NCBI GenBank assembly: GCA_963829055.1
Contig: CAWHHI010000016.1
Span: forward strand, 224,001-288,000
Source: an uncultured Gemmatimonadaceae bacterium
GTDB taxonomy: Bacteria > Gemmatimonadota > Gemmatimonadetes > Gemmatimonadales > Gemmatimonadaceae
Length of the DNA: 64,000 bases
Reading direction: 5' to 3'
A program made the translations under genes and the position numbers. Shown piece after piece: positions 32,397 to 42,544 of the stretch; position 1 is the first letter of the stretch; every line of letters begins with the position of its first letter. The notes under the pieces are model-generated. The model did no database searches and had not been told where the DNA came from. It saw only the letters and a list, made by a program, of their open reading frames with translations.

Positions 32397-33827
32397 TCAG
32401 TCGGGTATCGACGCGGCGCCGGACTCTACCGGTCGATCACAGCGGATCGAGAGAGCGACGGCGCGGTCCAGAAGACGCGCGAGCGCCTCTGCCTGGCGGG
32501 GCTGACTGTAGCGCGCGATCTCACTCCTGTCGCCCGTGTAGGCGAGTGGCAGGCCGCGTTCCCACGTCCGCAACCATGCTTCGAGCACCGCCGCGATGCC
32601 TTCTACCGAGTCTGCGGTGACGCCGGCGCGCGTGCGCTCGAGCAGCGCATCACCCCAACCACCGGGGTCGCTGGGCAACGCAAGAATCGGCCTGCCGGCG
32701 TTCAGGTACTCGAACGTCTTCGCGGGAAAGCTGAGGGTGCCCTCGGCCGCGGTTGGTGCGGTGCAGTTGAACAGCACGAGCCCGTCCGCGCCACGTTGCA
32801 GGCGCAGGGCATCCGCGGGCGGCAGACGGTCGATGAACACGCATGCGCGGGCCGCGTCAGGGAACCGGCTAAGGCTCGCCTCGAGGGTGCGATCGCATCC
32901 GGTACCTGCGAACGTGACCTCGATCGGCGGCGGATTAGTGCCGCGCGCGGCGACCACCCGATCGAGCGCTTCGAAGAACAACTCCGGTCGCTGGTCACCC
33001 GGGTATACGGAGCCCGTGTACGCGAGACGCAAGCGGTCGTGACGTTCCGGCTCGACTAGCGGCTGCTCGGCCGGATCGAAGCCGACCATCACGACTTCTC
33101 CGTCCACCGCATAGGTTCGCTGCACGTAGCCGAGCATCGCCGGTGTGATGGCTCCCGCGGCTGCCGCCTGGCTCATCCACCGTCGATGCTGGCGATCCGC
33201 ATACGGTCGCCACGCTGCGCGACGCTGTCGCTCGAGGTGGAAGCTGTACAGATCGTCGAACTGCGCGACCCAAGGCACACCGGTGACACGGGCGATTTCG
33301 GACCCGACGACGTGCGCGCTCGCCGGCGGGCACAGGCTGCAGATTGCGTCGATCGACTCGTCCCGAATGACGCCGACGCCCGCGTCGACAGCCGCATCCA
33401 CCCAGCCGCGAAACGGATCCGGAAAATCACCGAACGCGGGCGAGAAGAGCGACAGCGCGCGACGCGCGACGCTCCGCGGGGAGAACGAAGTCTCGGTCGC
33501 GTCGTGACGCGTGCTGCCGTCGTTGCTGCGCATCGACGCGTCGTACACGCCGCCCAGCCGCTGATGGAGGCGCCTCAGTGCGTTGTCGCGTGTGCGGTAT
33601 GGAGTGCGAATGACGTTCACACCGGGGATCTCGTCGAGCGCCTGCGGATACGACGCGAGCGTGTAGGCACGGCGATCCTCCGGCGCGATATCGGTCATCC
33701 AGTTCTTGGTGAGAACGACAGGCTGCCATCCGGCCGCCGGCAGATACTTGCACAGCTTCAGCGCACGACGCGCACTGACGTCGTACTGCGGCGGGAACGT
33801 ATAGGTGACGAGGAGAACCTTTCGCAC
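32397..33827 (-). CDS. Glycosyltransferase (GT4-like)
   Basis: VRKVLLVTYTFPP start, YTGSVY, PAKTFEYLNAGRPIL. Confidence 0.82.
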   Translation of the reverse strand: MRKVLLVTYTFPPQYDVSARRALKLCKYLPAAGWQPVVLTKNWMTDIAPEDRRAYTLASYPQALDEIPGVNVIRTPYRTRDNALRRLHQRLGGVYDASMRSNDGSTRHDATETSFSPRSVARRALSLFSPAFGDFPDPFRGWVDAAVDAGVGVIRDESIDAICSLCPPASAHVVGSEIARVTGVPWVAQFDDLYSFHLERQRRAAWRPYADRQHRRWMSQAAAAGAITPAMLGYVQRTYAVDGEVVMVGFDPAEQPLVEPERHDRLRLAYTGSVYPGDQRPELFFEALDRVVAARGTNPPPIEVTFAGTGCDRTLEASLSRFPDAARACVFIDRLPPADALRLQRGADGLVLFNCTAPTAAEGTLSFPAKTFEYLNAGRPILALPSDPGGWGDALLERTRAGVTADSVEGIAAVLEAWLRTWERGLPLAYTGDRSEIARYSQPRQAEALARLLDRAVALSIRCDRPVESGAASIPD

Positions 33828-33862
33828 GCGGCGCGCGCTCCGGCGCTGATCTGGCGACCGCG

Positions 33863-35149
33863 TTAGGCGGGAGTGGGCGCGAGCAGCTGTTCGTCGATGC
33901 CGAGAAACTCGGCGAACCGCCGGCGGAATACGTGCATGCCCAACTCTTCGCGGAGCACCCGTGGGATCGCGTCCGCGGCTCGCGCGTGGAACTCCGCGTC
34001 GGTGGCCGTCGTGCGCAACGCCTCGACAATGACGGCCGCGTCGAGCGAGTGACACGCGACCCCCACGGGCCAGCGTGCGAGAAACCGCGCCGGCGTCGAT
34101 TGCCGCGGTCCGTGAAACAGGATCGGTCGCCCTGCGGCAAGGTAGAGCGACACCTTGTTCGGAAACGATAGCTCGACGCCCGGCCGACACGCTTCGTCGA
34201 ACCAGTAGGGTACGTAGCACACGTCGCAGTCCGACAGAATCGCCACGGCGTCCGTCGTGGAGTGCCAGCCGAGGAATTCGACGCGCGCGGGTCCGGTCGC
34301 GCGCACCTCGAGACTCGCGGCGAGCATGCGCACAATCACGTCGCGGCCGTCGATGCGCCAGCCGATCGTCCCAAGCGCGGACATCAACGCTTCCCACTCA
34401 CGACGCGCGTACAAGCTCCCCGCATACCCAATGACGAACGGTTCGTCCGGGCGCCGCATGCCGGTGGGGCGAACCCATTGCGATTCGGGGAGCCCGTGAA
34501 TCATTGGCGTGCACGGCGTTCCGTACGACTGCTCATACGCCGCCTTCATCTCCGGAGACGCCACCGCAGTGCGGACCGAGCTCCGAACGGCTTCAGCGAA
34601 GCGGCCCATCGTGCGCTCGAGCGCGGCGCCGTCGATGCCCCAGTAGTGCGGCAGGAAGTAGTCGGGCGCGTCCCACACGGTCGTCACCAATGGCACGCCC
34701 ACGCGCTTCGCGAGTCGGGCGGCGACGTTGATCAGCGTCGGATTCGCGAGCGGGATCCAGAGCAACTCCGCCCTCACCTCGCGCGCGAACGTCGCGATCT
34801 GCTCGATGAGCCGCGGGAGGTGGCGACGATCGACGTACGCGTCGAACACGCCGCGCGTGGAGTGCTGCACGCGACGGCCCCATCGATTGAAGCCACGCTC
34901 CGGGACGGCGTCGAGCGTTAGGCGTGGCGTGTGCGCCAGTGTCGCTGGCCACGCACCGGTACCGCCGCCGGGAAGGATCGCGAAGGCAAGTTTGTCCGCG
35001 GGGTAGAGCAGGCAAAGGTCCCGCAGAAACACGCCCCCGACGCCTTCGGGCACCGGCGCCACGGGCGACACGATCAGAATGCGTGGTGCCTGGGAGACGC
35101 TCGCTACGCGCGATGAGTCGCGACCCGACACGACCGACGCCACTGTCAC
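33863..35149 (-). CDS. Glycosyltransferase (GT-B/GT4-like)
   Basis: IGYAGSLY and SFPNKVSLYLAAGRPILFHGP motifs. Confidence 0.78.
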   Translation of the reverse strand: MTVASVVSGRDSSRVASVSQAPRILIVSPVAPVPEGVGGVFLRDLCLLYPADKLAFAILPGGGTGAWPATLAHTPRLTLDAVPERGFNRWGRRVQHSTRGVFDAYVDRRHLPRLIEQIATFAREVRAELLWIPLANPTLINVAARLAKRVGVPLVTTVWDAPDYFLPHYWGIDGAALERTMGRFAEAVRSSVRTAVASPEMKAAYEQSYGTPCTPMIHGLPESQWVRPTGMRRPDEPFVIGYAGSLYARREWEALMSALGTIGWRIDGRDVIVRMLAASLEVRATGPARVEFLGWHSTTDAVAILSDCDVCYVPYWFDEACRPGVELSFPNKVSLYLAAGRPILFHGPRQSTPARFLARWPVGVACHSLDAAVIVEALRTTATDAEFHARAADAIPRVLREELGMHVFRRRFAEFLGIDEQLLAPTPA

Positions 35150-36231
35150 GCGAGACGCTCGCCGAGCAGTACGTTCGCCACCGTGTCACTCACGGCAGGC
35201 GCGAGGTACTCCGGTGGCACGACCCAGTTTCTCTCGCGCGTCATCGCCGCCCGGACCGCGCGCGTGATGCGGTCCGGGTCAACGCCAGCGATGATGTTGC
35301 TCCCGCACTCGACCGTTTCGGGTCGCTCCGTGACATCGCGCGTGGTCACGTTCGCGACGCGCAGGATGCAACACTCCTCCTGAACAGTGCCGCTGTCGGT
35401 CAGCACGCAGGCGGCGTCGCGCTCGAGTGCGACGAAGTCGAACAGTCCCAACGGGGGAAGCACACGCAGGCCCGCCACCAGCCCGGTCATGCCGAATGCC
35501 TCGAGACGACTCTTCGTACGGGGATGCATGCTCACGACGATCGGCAACGCATGCTCCTCGCCCACTCGCCGCAGCGCGTCTGCCAGCTGACGTAGCCGCT
35601 CGGGCACATCGACATTCTCGGCTCTGTGTGCCGTGACGAGAAAGTAGCCGCCGCGCTCGACGCCGATACGCGCGTGAACGTCGGACGCGTCGATGCATGG
35701 CTCGTAGTGCCGCAGCACCTCGAGGATCGGATTGCCGGTCACGATCACGCGCTGTGACGCGATCCCTTCGCGCAGCAGGTTCGCGCGGCTTCGCTCCGTA
35801 TAGGGGAGGAGCACGTCACTCGAGTGATCGATGATCCGGCGGTTCACCTCTTCGGGCACGCGATCGTCGAAGCAGCGGTTGCCGGCCTCCATGTGATACA
35901 CCGGTACGCCCATCCGCTTGGCGACAACGGCTGCCAGGCCGCTGTTCGTGTCGCCAAGAATCAGCAACCGGTCTGGCCGGTGCTCCCGAATCGCGCGCTC
36001 GGTGCCCGTCAGTATCTGACCCGCCTGCTCCCCGAACGAGTCCGCGCGCACGCCTAACGAAACGTCAGGCGCGCGGACGTCGAGGTCGCGGAAGAACACG
36101 TCGCTGAGCGACGGGTCGAAGTTCTGGCCCGTGTGCACGAGCACGTGGTCGCACGACGCATCCAGCTTCGGGATGAGCCGTGAGAGGCGGATGATCTCGG
36201 GACGCGTCCCGAGCACGGTCATGACCTTCAT
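35146..36231 (-). CDS. UDP-N-acetylhexosamine 2-epimerase, non-hydrolysing (FnlC/WbjD/QnlB-like)
   Basis: GTRPEIIRL, HTGQNFD, GDTNS, HMEAGNRCFD, TDSGTVQEE and TERPE motifs. Confidence 0.92.
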   Translation of the reverse strand: MKVMTVLGTRPEIIRLSRLIPKLDASCDHVLVHTGQNFDPSLSDVFFRDLDVRAPDVSLGVRADSFGEQAGQILTGTERAIREHRPDRLLILGDTNSGLAAVVAKRMGVPVYHMEAGNRCFDDRVPEEVNRRIIDHSSDVLLPYTERSRANLLREGIASQRVIVTGNPILEVLRHYEPCIDASDVHARIGVERGGYFLVTAHRAENVDVPERLRQLADALRRVGEEHALPIVVSMHPRTKSRLEAFGMTGLVAGLRVLPPLGLFDFVALERDAACVLTDSGTVQEECCILRVANVTTRDVTERPETVECGSNIIAGVDPDRITRAVRAAMTRERNWVVPPEYLAPAVSDTVANVLLGERLA

Positions 36232-37313
36232 CGCAACAGCTCGACGCCCTCGTCGGCCGAGTTGCCGGCGAACATCAACTGCTGTCGCGTGAGAAGTCCG
36301 ACGACGTCGTCGTAGCTCATCACCTCGTTACCTGAGCTGTACTCACCGGGCAGCGCCGCCAGTGGCTCGTCGTCACCCTCGTGAAGCTCTGGCAGCACGG
36401 GACGAATGGCGTAGAAGCGACCGCGGTCCACGCTGCGATGGCATTCCTCTTCGGAAATGAGGATCTCATGGACCTTTTCGCCGGGCCGTATGCCCGTCAC
36501 CACTGTCTCGATGTCTCGCGGCCCGACGAGCGCGCGAGCGACGTCGACGACCTTTGCCGACGGGACGCGTGGAATGTACGTCTCTCCGCGACGACCGCCG
36601 CGCATCACGGCGAACACGGTGTCCACCGCCTCCTCGAGCGAGAGCAGGAAGCGTGTCATGTCCGTCGTCGTGATGGTTACTGGACCGCCGCTCCGGATCT
36701 GCTCGTGAAAGAGCGGGATCACCGACCCACGCGACGCGAGCACGTTGCCGTACCTGACGCACACGAAGCGCGTGTCGGGGCACGTGAGATTCGCCGACGT
36801 GAACACGCGCTCCTGGATCGCCTTGGTCATGCCCATGACGTTGACGGGCTTGCAGGCCTTGTCGGTGCTCACGCCGACGACCGTGTCGATCTGCAGTCCA
36901 TTCTCGCGAATGGCCCGAATGATGTTCTCCGGCCCCGTGATGTTCGTCTGGACGGCCTCGTACGGGAAATACTCGCACGTCGGCACCTGCTTGAGCGCGG
37001 CAGCATTCACGACCACGTCCGCGGTGCGCAGCACGGACGCGACGGAGTGGTAGTCGCGCACGTCGCCGATCACGAACGTCAGCAGCTCGTTGAAGTTGCG
37101 GTACACGATCTCGTCGGTCGCGACGACGCGATTCTTGTAGTGCAGCCGCATGTCGTGCTGCTTCGCTTCGTCGCGCGAGAACACGGTGATGCGCTTCGGC
37201 CGGCCCATCTCGCCGCCTAACAGGCGACGACACAGGACCTTGCCGAGGGAGCCGGTGCCCCCGGTGACTACGATATGCTTGCCGTCGAGCGGTCGCGTGC
37301 GTTCGAGATCCAC
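36228..37313 (-). CDS. UDP-GlcNAc 4,6-dehydratase/epimerase (FnlA/WbjB/CapE-like)
   Basis: TGGTGSLG, FSRDEAKQ, AAALKQVP, STDKA, NVMGMTK, RYGNVLASRGSVIP and GIRPGEK motifs. Confidence 0.9.
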   Translation of the reverse strand: MDLERTRPLDGKHIVVTGGTGSLGKVLCRRLLGGEMGRPKRITVFSRDEAKQHDMRLHYKNRVVATDEIVYRNFNELLTFVIGDVRDYHSVASVLRTADVVVNAAALKQVPTCEYFPYEAVQTNITGPENIIRAIRENGLQIDTVVGVSTDKACKPVNVMGMTKAIQERVFTSANLTCPDTRFVCVRYGNVLASRGSVIPLFHEQIRSGGPVTITTTDMTRFLLSLEEAVDTVFAVMRGGRRGETYIPRVPSAKVVDVARALVGPRDIETVVTGIRPGEKVHEILISEEECHRSVDRGRFYAIRPVLPELHEGDDEPLAALPGEYSSGNEVMSYDDVVGLLTRQQLMFAGNSADEGVELLR

Positions 37314-38191
37314 TGATGGTTCCAGGTGTCGTAAGGCGTGGGGTCTGCCGCCAGCTCGGCGACCATGGTCGCCCACGATGGCGGGCGATACCCCGTCGCG
37401 TTCATGAAGCGAGTTGCGTCGAGGGTGCGATCGCAGACGAACGACTCGTCGGCTTCGAGCGTGGTGCCGAGGCCTAACGCATCGTTCACGAGCGTCAGCA
37501 GGTCGTACTTCGCTATCGGTTCGCCAGCAACGTGCCAGACGCCGCGGAGGTCGCGATGGTGCTCGGCGATGTCCGCGAGCACGCGCGAAAGCTCGAGCGT
37601 CGTGAGGCCACTGAACCGCGCGCGCGTGAAGCCGGGAACGGTCTGCCCGCGACGCGACAGGAACCACTCTACCAGCCCGCGCGACGACCCGATCTCGCGG
37701 CCTACCATCGACGTCCGCACCGTCAGGCAGGCGTCGTGATCGACTTCGCCGAGCAGCTTGCTGCGACCGTACAGGTCCTTCGCGTCAGGCACGTCGGCCT
37801 CGGCATAGTTGCCGCGAGCGCCGGAAAACACGCAGTCGGTGCTGAGGTGAATCAGGCGCGCACCGGCTCTGGCGCACCGCGCGGCGAGTCGGTGTGGCAG
37901 CAGCGCGTTCACCGCGATGGTGCCTACGGCATCCTCGGCCTCTCGGCGCTGCTTGACGATTCCCACGGCATTCAGCACGACGTCGGGACGTGCAACGGAA
38001 AACGCGCGCTCGATATCGGCGTCTTGCGACGCGTCCACGCGATCGATGACGCGGCGCTCGTCGAACCACTCGAGACTCGCGTAGTCCGCGTATGGTCGCC
38101 GGACGGCAACGAAGGCTTCCATGCGACCGTCGAGCTCCCGCCACAGGCGGTGACCGAGCATGCCCGCGCCGCCGAGGACGAGCGCCCTCAC
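37268..38191 (-). CDS. RmlD-like NDP-4-keto-6-deoxyhexose reductase
   Basis: LGGAGMLG, HLSTDCVFSG, YGRSK; no C-terminal cupin. Confidence 0.88.
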   Translation of the reverse strand: MRALVLGGAGMLGHRLWRELDGRMEAFVAVRRPYADYASLEWFDERRVIDRVDASQDADIERAFSVARPDVVLNAVGIVKQRREAEDAVGTIAVNALLPHRLAARCARAGARLIHLSTDCVFSGARGNYAEADVPDAKDLYGRSKLLGEVDHDACLTVRTSMVGREIGSSRGLVEWFLSRRGQTVPGFTRARFSGLTTLELSRVLADIAEHHRDLRGVWHVAGEPIAKYDLLTLVNDALGLGTTLEADESFVCDRTLDATRFMNATGYRPPSWATMVAELAADPTPYDTWNHQWISNARDRSTASIS

Positions 38192-39501
38192 GTAGCACTC
38201 CGGGAGGCCAGTGTCTCGTACAGTTTGACGACCCGCGGGCGGATCGTGGCGCGATCCGCGAGGTCGTGCACGAGCGCCAGGTTGCGTTCCGCCGCACTGT
38301 CGACGAGCGCGTCGTCCGTCATCGCCCTAACGAGCGCCTGCCCGATCTCGTCAGGGTAGAGATTCCGAGCGAACAGCACGTTCGACTCATCGCGCACGAG
38401 CGGGCGGATCGTGTCGAGCGGCGAGAGCACGGGGAAGGCACCGGTGGCCATTGCCTCGAACATCGAGTTCGGCGTCCCGTCCACCAGCGATGGCGCGAGC
38501 ATCACGCGCGCTCGGCCCATCAACTGCAGGATCTCGTGACGGGGAATCCGCTCATCGATCCGGCACGACGCTTTGATCTCGGGTGGCAGCGCGTGGAACC
38601 ACATGCGCGTCTCGCGCTCCATCGCCAGCATGTGAATCTCGCACGGCGGCAGGCGATCCCAGTTGCGCACCAGCGCCTCGAACACAGGCAGTGCCTTCGA
38701 CCACGGACACTCGTACGCCTTGGGCCAGAGAATCACCGAGCGACTCGACGGCAGACCGCTGGAATATGTGCGGAGCGCGTCGATGTCCACACCGCCGGTA
38801 CCGGGTACCGTGCCGATCGGACACAGTTGCTCGGCGTGGACGCCCATCGCACGCGCGATGTCGAAGTTGATCTGATTGTCACTCACCAAACAGTCCGCGG
38901 CGCGCATGACGGTCGCCACGCGAGACGCACGATCGGTGTCGAAGCGCGCGAGCGCGAGGTCGGATCCGCCGCGCGTCTGCGCGAGCCAGCGGCCGACTGA
39001 TGCCAAGCCGTGATCCTGCCGGGTGTCGTAGTAGAACTCACCAGCGGGATCGATGCCGAGCGTGTGCACGACATCCGGCTTCCAGTCGCGGATCACCTGG
39101 GCGAGCCAGCGCTGCTCGATTGCTCGAGCACTCGAGACAAGCCGAGCATACACGCGCTTCGGCGCGCGCGCGATGCGAGCTGCCGCGTAGAGGCGACGCC
39201 GCGTCTGCGCGTCGAGTCGTCGGGACGTCGTCGCGGTCACGTACGTACGAACCGGCCACTCGTCAGGTGGCACACCTCCGGGCAGCGCGAACAGCCTGAC
39301 GTTGAGCTCCGAGCCGGCGAGGAGATCGATCCACGCGTGCGTGTGCGTACTGTCCGCGGGTCCGACGAATAGCACGCGAGGGCGACCAGGATAGGGGTCG
39401 TCATCGAAGCGTCGGGGCGCAGGCCAGGCGGCGCTCGTGCCCGCTGGGGTGCGAGTCGAGCTCGCGTTATGTCCGGGCACTGTCGCGGACACGGATGTCA
39501 T
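38188..39501 (-). CDS. Glycosyltransferase (GT4-like)
   Basis: STHTHAW, PSLVDGTPNSMFEAMATG motif. Confidence 0.8.
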   Translation of the reverse strand: MTSVSATVPGHNASSTRTPAGTSAAWPAPRRFDDDPYPGRPRVLFVGPADSTHTHAWIDLLAGSELNVRLFALPGGVPPDEWPVRTYVTATTSRRLDAQTRRRLYAAARIARAPKRVYARLVSSARAIEQRWLAQVIRDWKPDVVHTLGIDPAGEFYYDTRQDHGLASVGRWLAQTRGGSDLALARFDTDRASRVATVMRAADCLVSDNQINFDIARAMGVHAEQLCPIGTVPGTGGVDIDALRTYSSGLPSSRSVILWPKAYECPWSKALPVFEALVRNWDRLPPCEIHMLAMERETRMWFHALPPEIKASCRIDERIPRHEILQLMGRARVMLAPSLVDGTPNSMFEAMATGAFPVLSPLDTIRPLVRDESNVLFARNLYPDEIGQALVRAMTDDALVDSAAERNLALVHDLADRATIRPRVVKLYETLASRSAT

Positions 39502-41531
39502 CGCGCACCGTCGGCGATCGCGGCCGTCGCGACGTCGCGGAGCGGCTCGACGGGTGTAGCGTTAGGTGGTAAGCACGCGTCGCCCGCGGTGCCCACCGGC
39601 GCGTCCAGCACCTCGCGGCACCACAGCTCCAGCATCATGAGGAGCCACGGTTCTGACCATCCCGTGTCGCCTCGCCGGAAACGATTCGCGATCGTGGAGA
39701 CGACGTCTGCATCGAGCAGCCCACGGGACGACACCGCACGTGGGTCGAGCGCGTCATCCATGACATCGCGCAACGGACCGCGCAGCCAGGCGTCGAACGG
39801 CATGGCGAAGCCGCGCTTGGGTTGGACGTCGAAGTTCGGCGGCAGCCAGCGTCGACCGACGTCGATCAGTACGCGCTTCGCTCCGGAATCACGGTAGGTG
39901 CGGCCGTAGGGGTCGGCACCGTGGACATCACCGAGCTTGGCCGAGTCGGGCAGCGAGAGCGCCGTGTCTACGACGACTGGATCGAGATACGGAACGCGCA
40001 CCTCGAGCGAGTGAGCCATCGACACGGCGTCGATGTCGCGTAGCAGCTGGTTCGTCAGGTAGCCGCGCGTCGCGAGTGCAGTGACGCGCTCGATCGCTGA
40101 CCCGCGGGCGAGCTCGTCGAGCGGCGCCAGGTCGCGATGGGGCGGGGCACCTGCACCCGCGGCTGCAGCGACACCCGGCGTCAACAACCGTGCAGCGCCC
40201 ACGGGACCGAAGATCTGATACGTCTCACCATACGCGCCGATGAAGCTGCCGCGCCGCCAGCGATGGATCCTGCCACCGCCGCGCCGCCGCAGCAGTCCGT
40301 CGAATGCCTGATGGCGCACCGCGGCCGCGACCATCGACCGCGCGAGGCCGCGCCACGGCTCACGCGCCAGGCGCTCCGTCTCCTGTGCCATCGTGATGAA
40401 CCACGGATAGCCTGCGAACAGCTCGTCGCCGCCGGTACCCGAGACGGCTACCGTCACGTCTCGTCTTGCCGCCAGCGACACGAAGTAGCTGTTCACACCG
40501 TCCACGCTCGGTTGATCGAGCGCGCGCGCGATCGCGGTGATTCGGTCGCGAACATCGTCGCCACGCACGACGGACGTCGTATGTTGCGTCCCGAGGTGGC
40601 GCGCCATCCGCTCGGCGTCACCGCTCTCGTCGATGTCGTCGGCCGCGCCGGCGAAACCGACAGAGAACGTGCGTACCGGCGTGCCTAACGCCTTAGTCAT
40701 GATCGCGACGAGGATCGAGGAGTCGACCCCCCCGCTCAGGAACGCGCCGAGCGGCACGTCGCTCACGAGCTGCAGTCGCGCGGATTCCTCGAGCGCCTCG
40801 GCCACCGCCTCGACATGTTCCGCATACGGCCGGGCACGAAGCCCCGGACGCCGGTCCGTGTCGAGCGCCCAGTAGCGCTCCACGCGCATGGCACCGCGCT
40901 CGACTACCAGTCGGTGACCGGGTAGCAGCGCCTTCACGCCGCCGATCATGGTGCGCGGCTGTAGCACGGAGCCGTACGTGAGCAGCGTGCGCAATGCGGT
41001 GGCGTCGATACGTGCCGCGACGAGCCCGCTCGCGAGCAACGCCTTGAGCTCCGACGCGAACACCAGCCGCCCGCCGGCCTCGGCGTACAGCACCGGTTTG
41101 ATGCCCATGTGATCGCGCGCGAGCACGAAGCGCTCGTGGCCCGGTCCGCGACGCGCATCCCAGAGCGCCAGCGCGAACATGCCGCGCAACCTGGTAACGA
41201 AGTCGTCACCGAATCGCTCGTACAGGCGCAACACGACTTCGGTGTCGGACGTGGAGCGAAACCGCACGCCGCTCGCCTCGAGCACTCGACGCTGCTCGGC
41301 GAAGTTGTACACCTCGCCATTGTACACGATGCGAATGGCTGCGTCGTCGGTGGCCATTGGTTGATGGCCGGCTGCGCTGAGATCGAGAACGGCCAGCCGC
41401 GCCATCCCGAGTGACGCGCTCTCGCCGGCCCAGGTGCCGCTATCGTCCGGGCCGCGATGGCGCATCGCCCCGACCATCGCGTGCAGTGCACGATCGGCGC
41501 GCGTCCCGACGAAGCCGCAGATTCCGCACAT
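39498..41531 (-). CDS. asnB: Asparagine synthase-like glutamine amidotransferase
   Basis: MCGICG, HRGPDD, YNGEVYN, SDTEV, LSGGVDSS, SGTGGDELF and SLEVRVP motifs. Confidence 0.92.
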   Translation of the reverse strand: MCGICGFVGTRADRALHAMVGAMRHRGPDDSGTWAGESASLGMARLAVLDLSAAGHQPMATDDAAIRIVYNGEVYNFAEQRRVLEASGVRFRSTSDTEVVLRLYERFGDDFVTRLRGMFALALWDARRGPGHERFVLARDHMGIKPVLYAEAGGRLVFASELKALLASGLVAARIDATALRTLLTYGSVLQPRTMIGGVKALLPGHRLVVERGAMRVERYWALDTDRRPGLRARPYAEHVEAVAEALEESARLQLVSDVPLGAFLSGGVDSSILVAIMTKALGTPVRTFSVGFAGAADDIDESGDAERMARHLGTQHTTSVVRGDDVRDRITAIARALDQPSVDGVNSYFVSLAARRDVTVAVSGTGGDELFAGYPWFITMAQETERLAREPWRGLARSMVAAAVRHQAFDGLLRRRGGGRIHRWRRGSFIGAYGETYQIFGPVGAARLLTPGVAAAAGAGAPPHRDLAPLDELARGSAIERVTALATRGYLTNQLLRDIDAVSMAHSLEVRVPYLDPVVVDTALSLPDSAKLGDVHGADPYGRTYRDSGAKRVLIDVGRRWLPPNFDVQPKRGFAMPFDAWLRGPLRDVMDDALDPRAVSSRGLLDADVVSTIANRFRRGDTGWSEPWLLMMLELWCREVLDAPVGTAGDACLPPNATPVEPLRDVATAAIADGAR

Positions 41532-41533
41532 GA

Positions 41534-42529
41534 TCAGCCGGCTCCGCGAGCACGAGCCTCGACGCCGTTCCCGCCGACTTCTACCTCGACGTTCGCGAGA
41601 CCGAGCGACGTGAGCGTGTGGCGGATCTCCTCCGGACCGCGCAGGTGCTTGTACCGATCGGTGAGTGTGTCGTGCGTGTCGAGCAGCGCCCACTCCGAGA
41701 GCAGCTCGGCGCCGAGCTCGGGGTACGCCTCGTAGTAGTCCACGACGGGCGATACGCGGCCCAGATAGCGACGAAGGCGACCGAATCCGCGACGCCGGCG
41801 CCACAGCACGCGATGGACCGGCAGCAGCGCCCGTGTCGTACCTAACGCCAGGCGCCGCGCCTGCTCGGGCGGAAGCCGAAGCAACAGGTCGCGCAGCACC
41901 TTGCGCGGCGCCGTCACCGGGTAGTCGCGCGAGTAGTGGTCGAGCACGAGTAACCCACCCGGCTTCACATACCGCGCGAGCGCGGCCATCGTGTTCTCCG
42001 GCTCCGGCGTATGCTGGACTACGCCCAGACAGATGACGATATCGAACGCGTGACTCCTGACCGGCAGGCTCCGAATGTCGGCCTGACAGACGAAGTAGCC
42101 GGAAGAGGTGCCGCAGTTCGCGTAGTTGGCTTCGACGGCGGCGGAGAGGTCCGCGGCGATGACGCGCGCACCCGCGTCGAGTAGAATCTCGGTGAACCGG
42201 CCGGCACCACACCCAGCCTCCAATACCGTCCTGTCGCGAACCACGTCGAGCGAGCCGCCGAGGCACCGCGTCAGGCGGTCGCGCGAGATGGTGGTGCCGG
42301 TGTGGGAGTCGAGCTGTGAGCGGCGGAAATGCGTCCACTGCCAGCCGAATGCCGCCGCATAATTGTCCGATGATACGAAGCGCGGAATGCCTCGCACCAC
42401 CGGCACGCGGCAGCCCGAGGTGCAGATCAAGGCTGTCGCCCGCTCGACGTCGTCTCCGTCAGAGAAGCCGCCGCCAAGGGCGAACGGCTCGCTGTGCGGC
42501 AGGCAACGCAGCTCGGGCGGGATGCGCAT
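41534..42529 (-). CDS. Class I SAM-dependent methyltransferase with Trm112-like N-terminus
   Basis: VPVVRGIPRF, FGWQW, LEAGCGAGRF, GVVQHTP and VKPGG motifs. Confidence 0.85.
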   Translation of the reverse strand: MRIPPELRCLPHSEPFALGGGFSDGDDVERATALICTSGCRVPVVRGIPRFVSSDNYAAAFGWQWTHFRRSQLDSHTGTTISRDRLTRCLGGSLDVVRDRTVLEAGCGAGRFTEILLDAGARVIAADLSAAVEANYANCGTSSGYFVCQADIRSLPVRSHAFDIVICLGVVQHTPEPENTMAALARYVKPGGLLVLDHYSRDYPVTAPRKVLRDLLLRLPPEQARRLALGTTRALLPVHRVLWRRRRGFGRLRRYLGRVSPVVDYYEAYPELGAELLSEWALLDTHDTLTDRYKHLRGPEEIRHTLTSLGLANVEVEVGGNGVEARARGAG

Positions 42530-42544
42530 GTGGTGTCTCGATGC

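Noticed and set aside
39498..42338. 946-aa AsnB with long N-terminal extension (similar over-long ORFs at 32397-34397, 36228-37667 and 53531-55510)
   Set aside because: Extensions overlap real neighbouring genes in another frame; AsnB needs the N-terminal Cys of MCG at 41531
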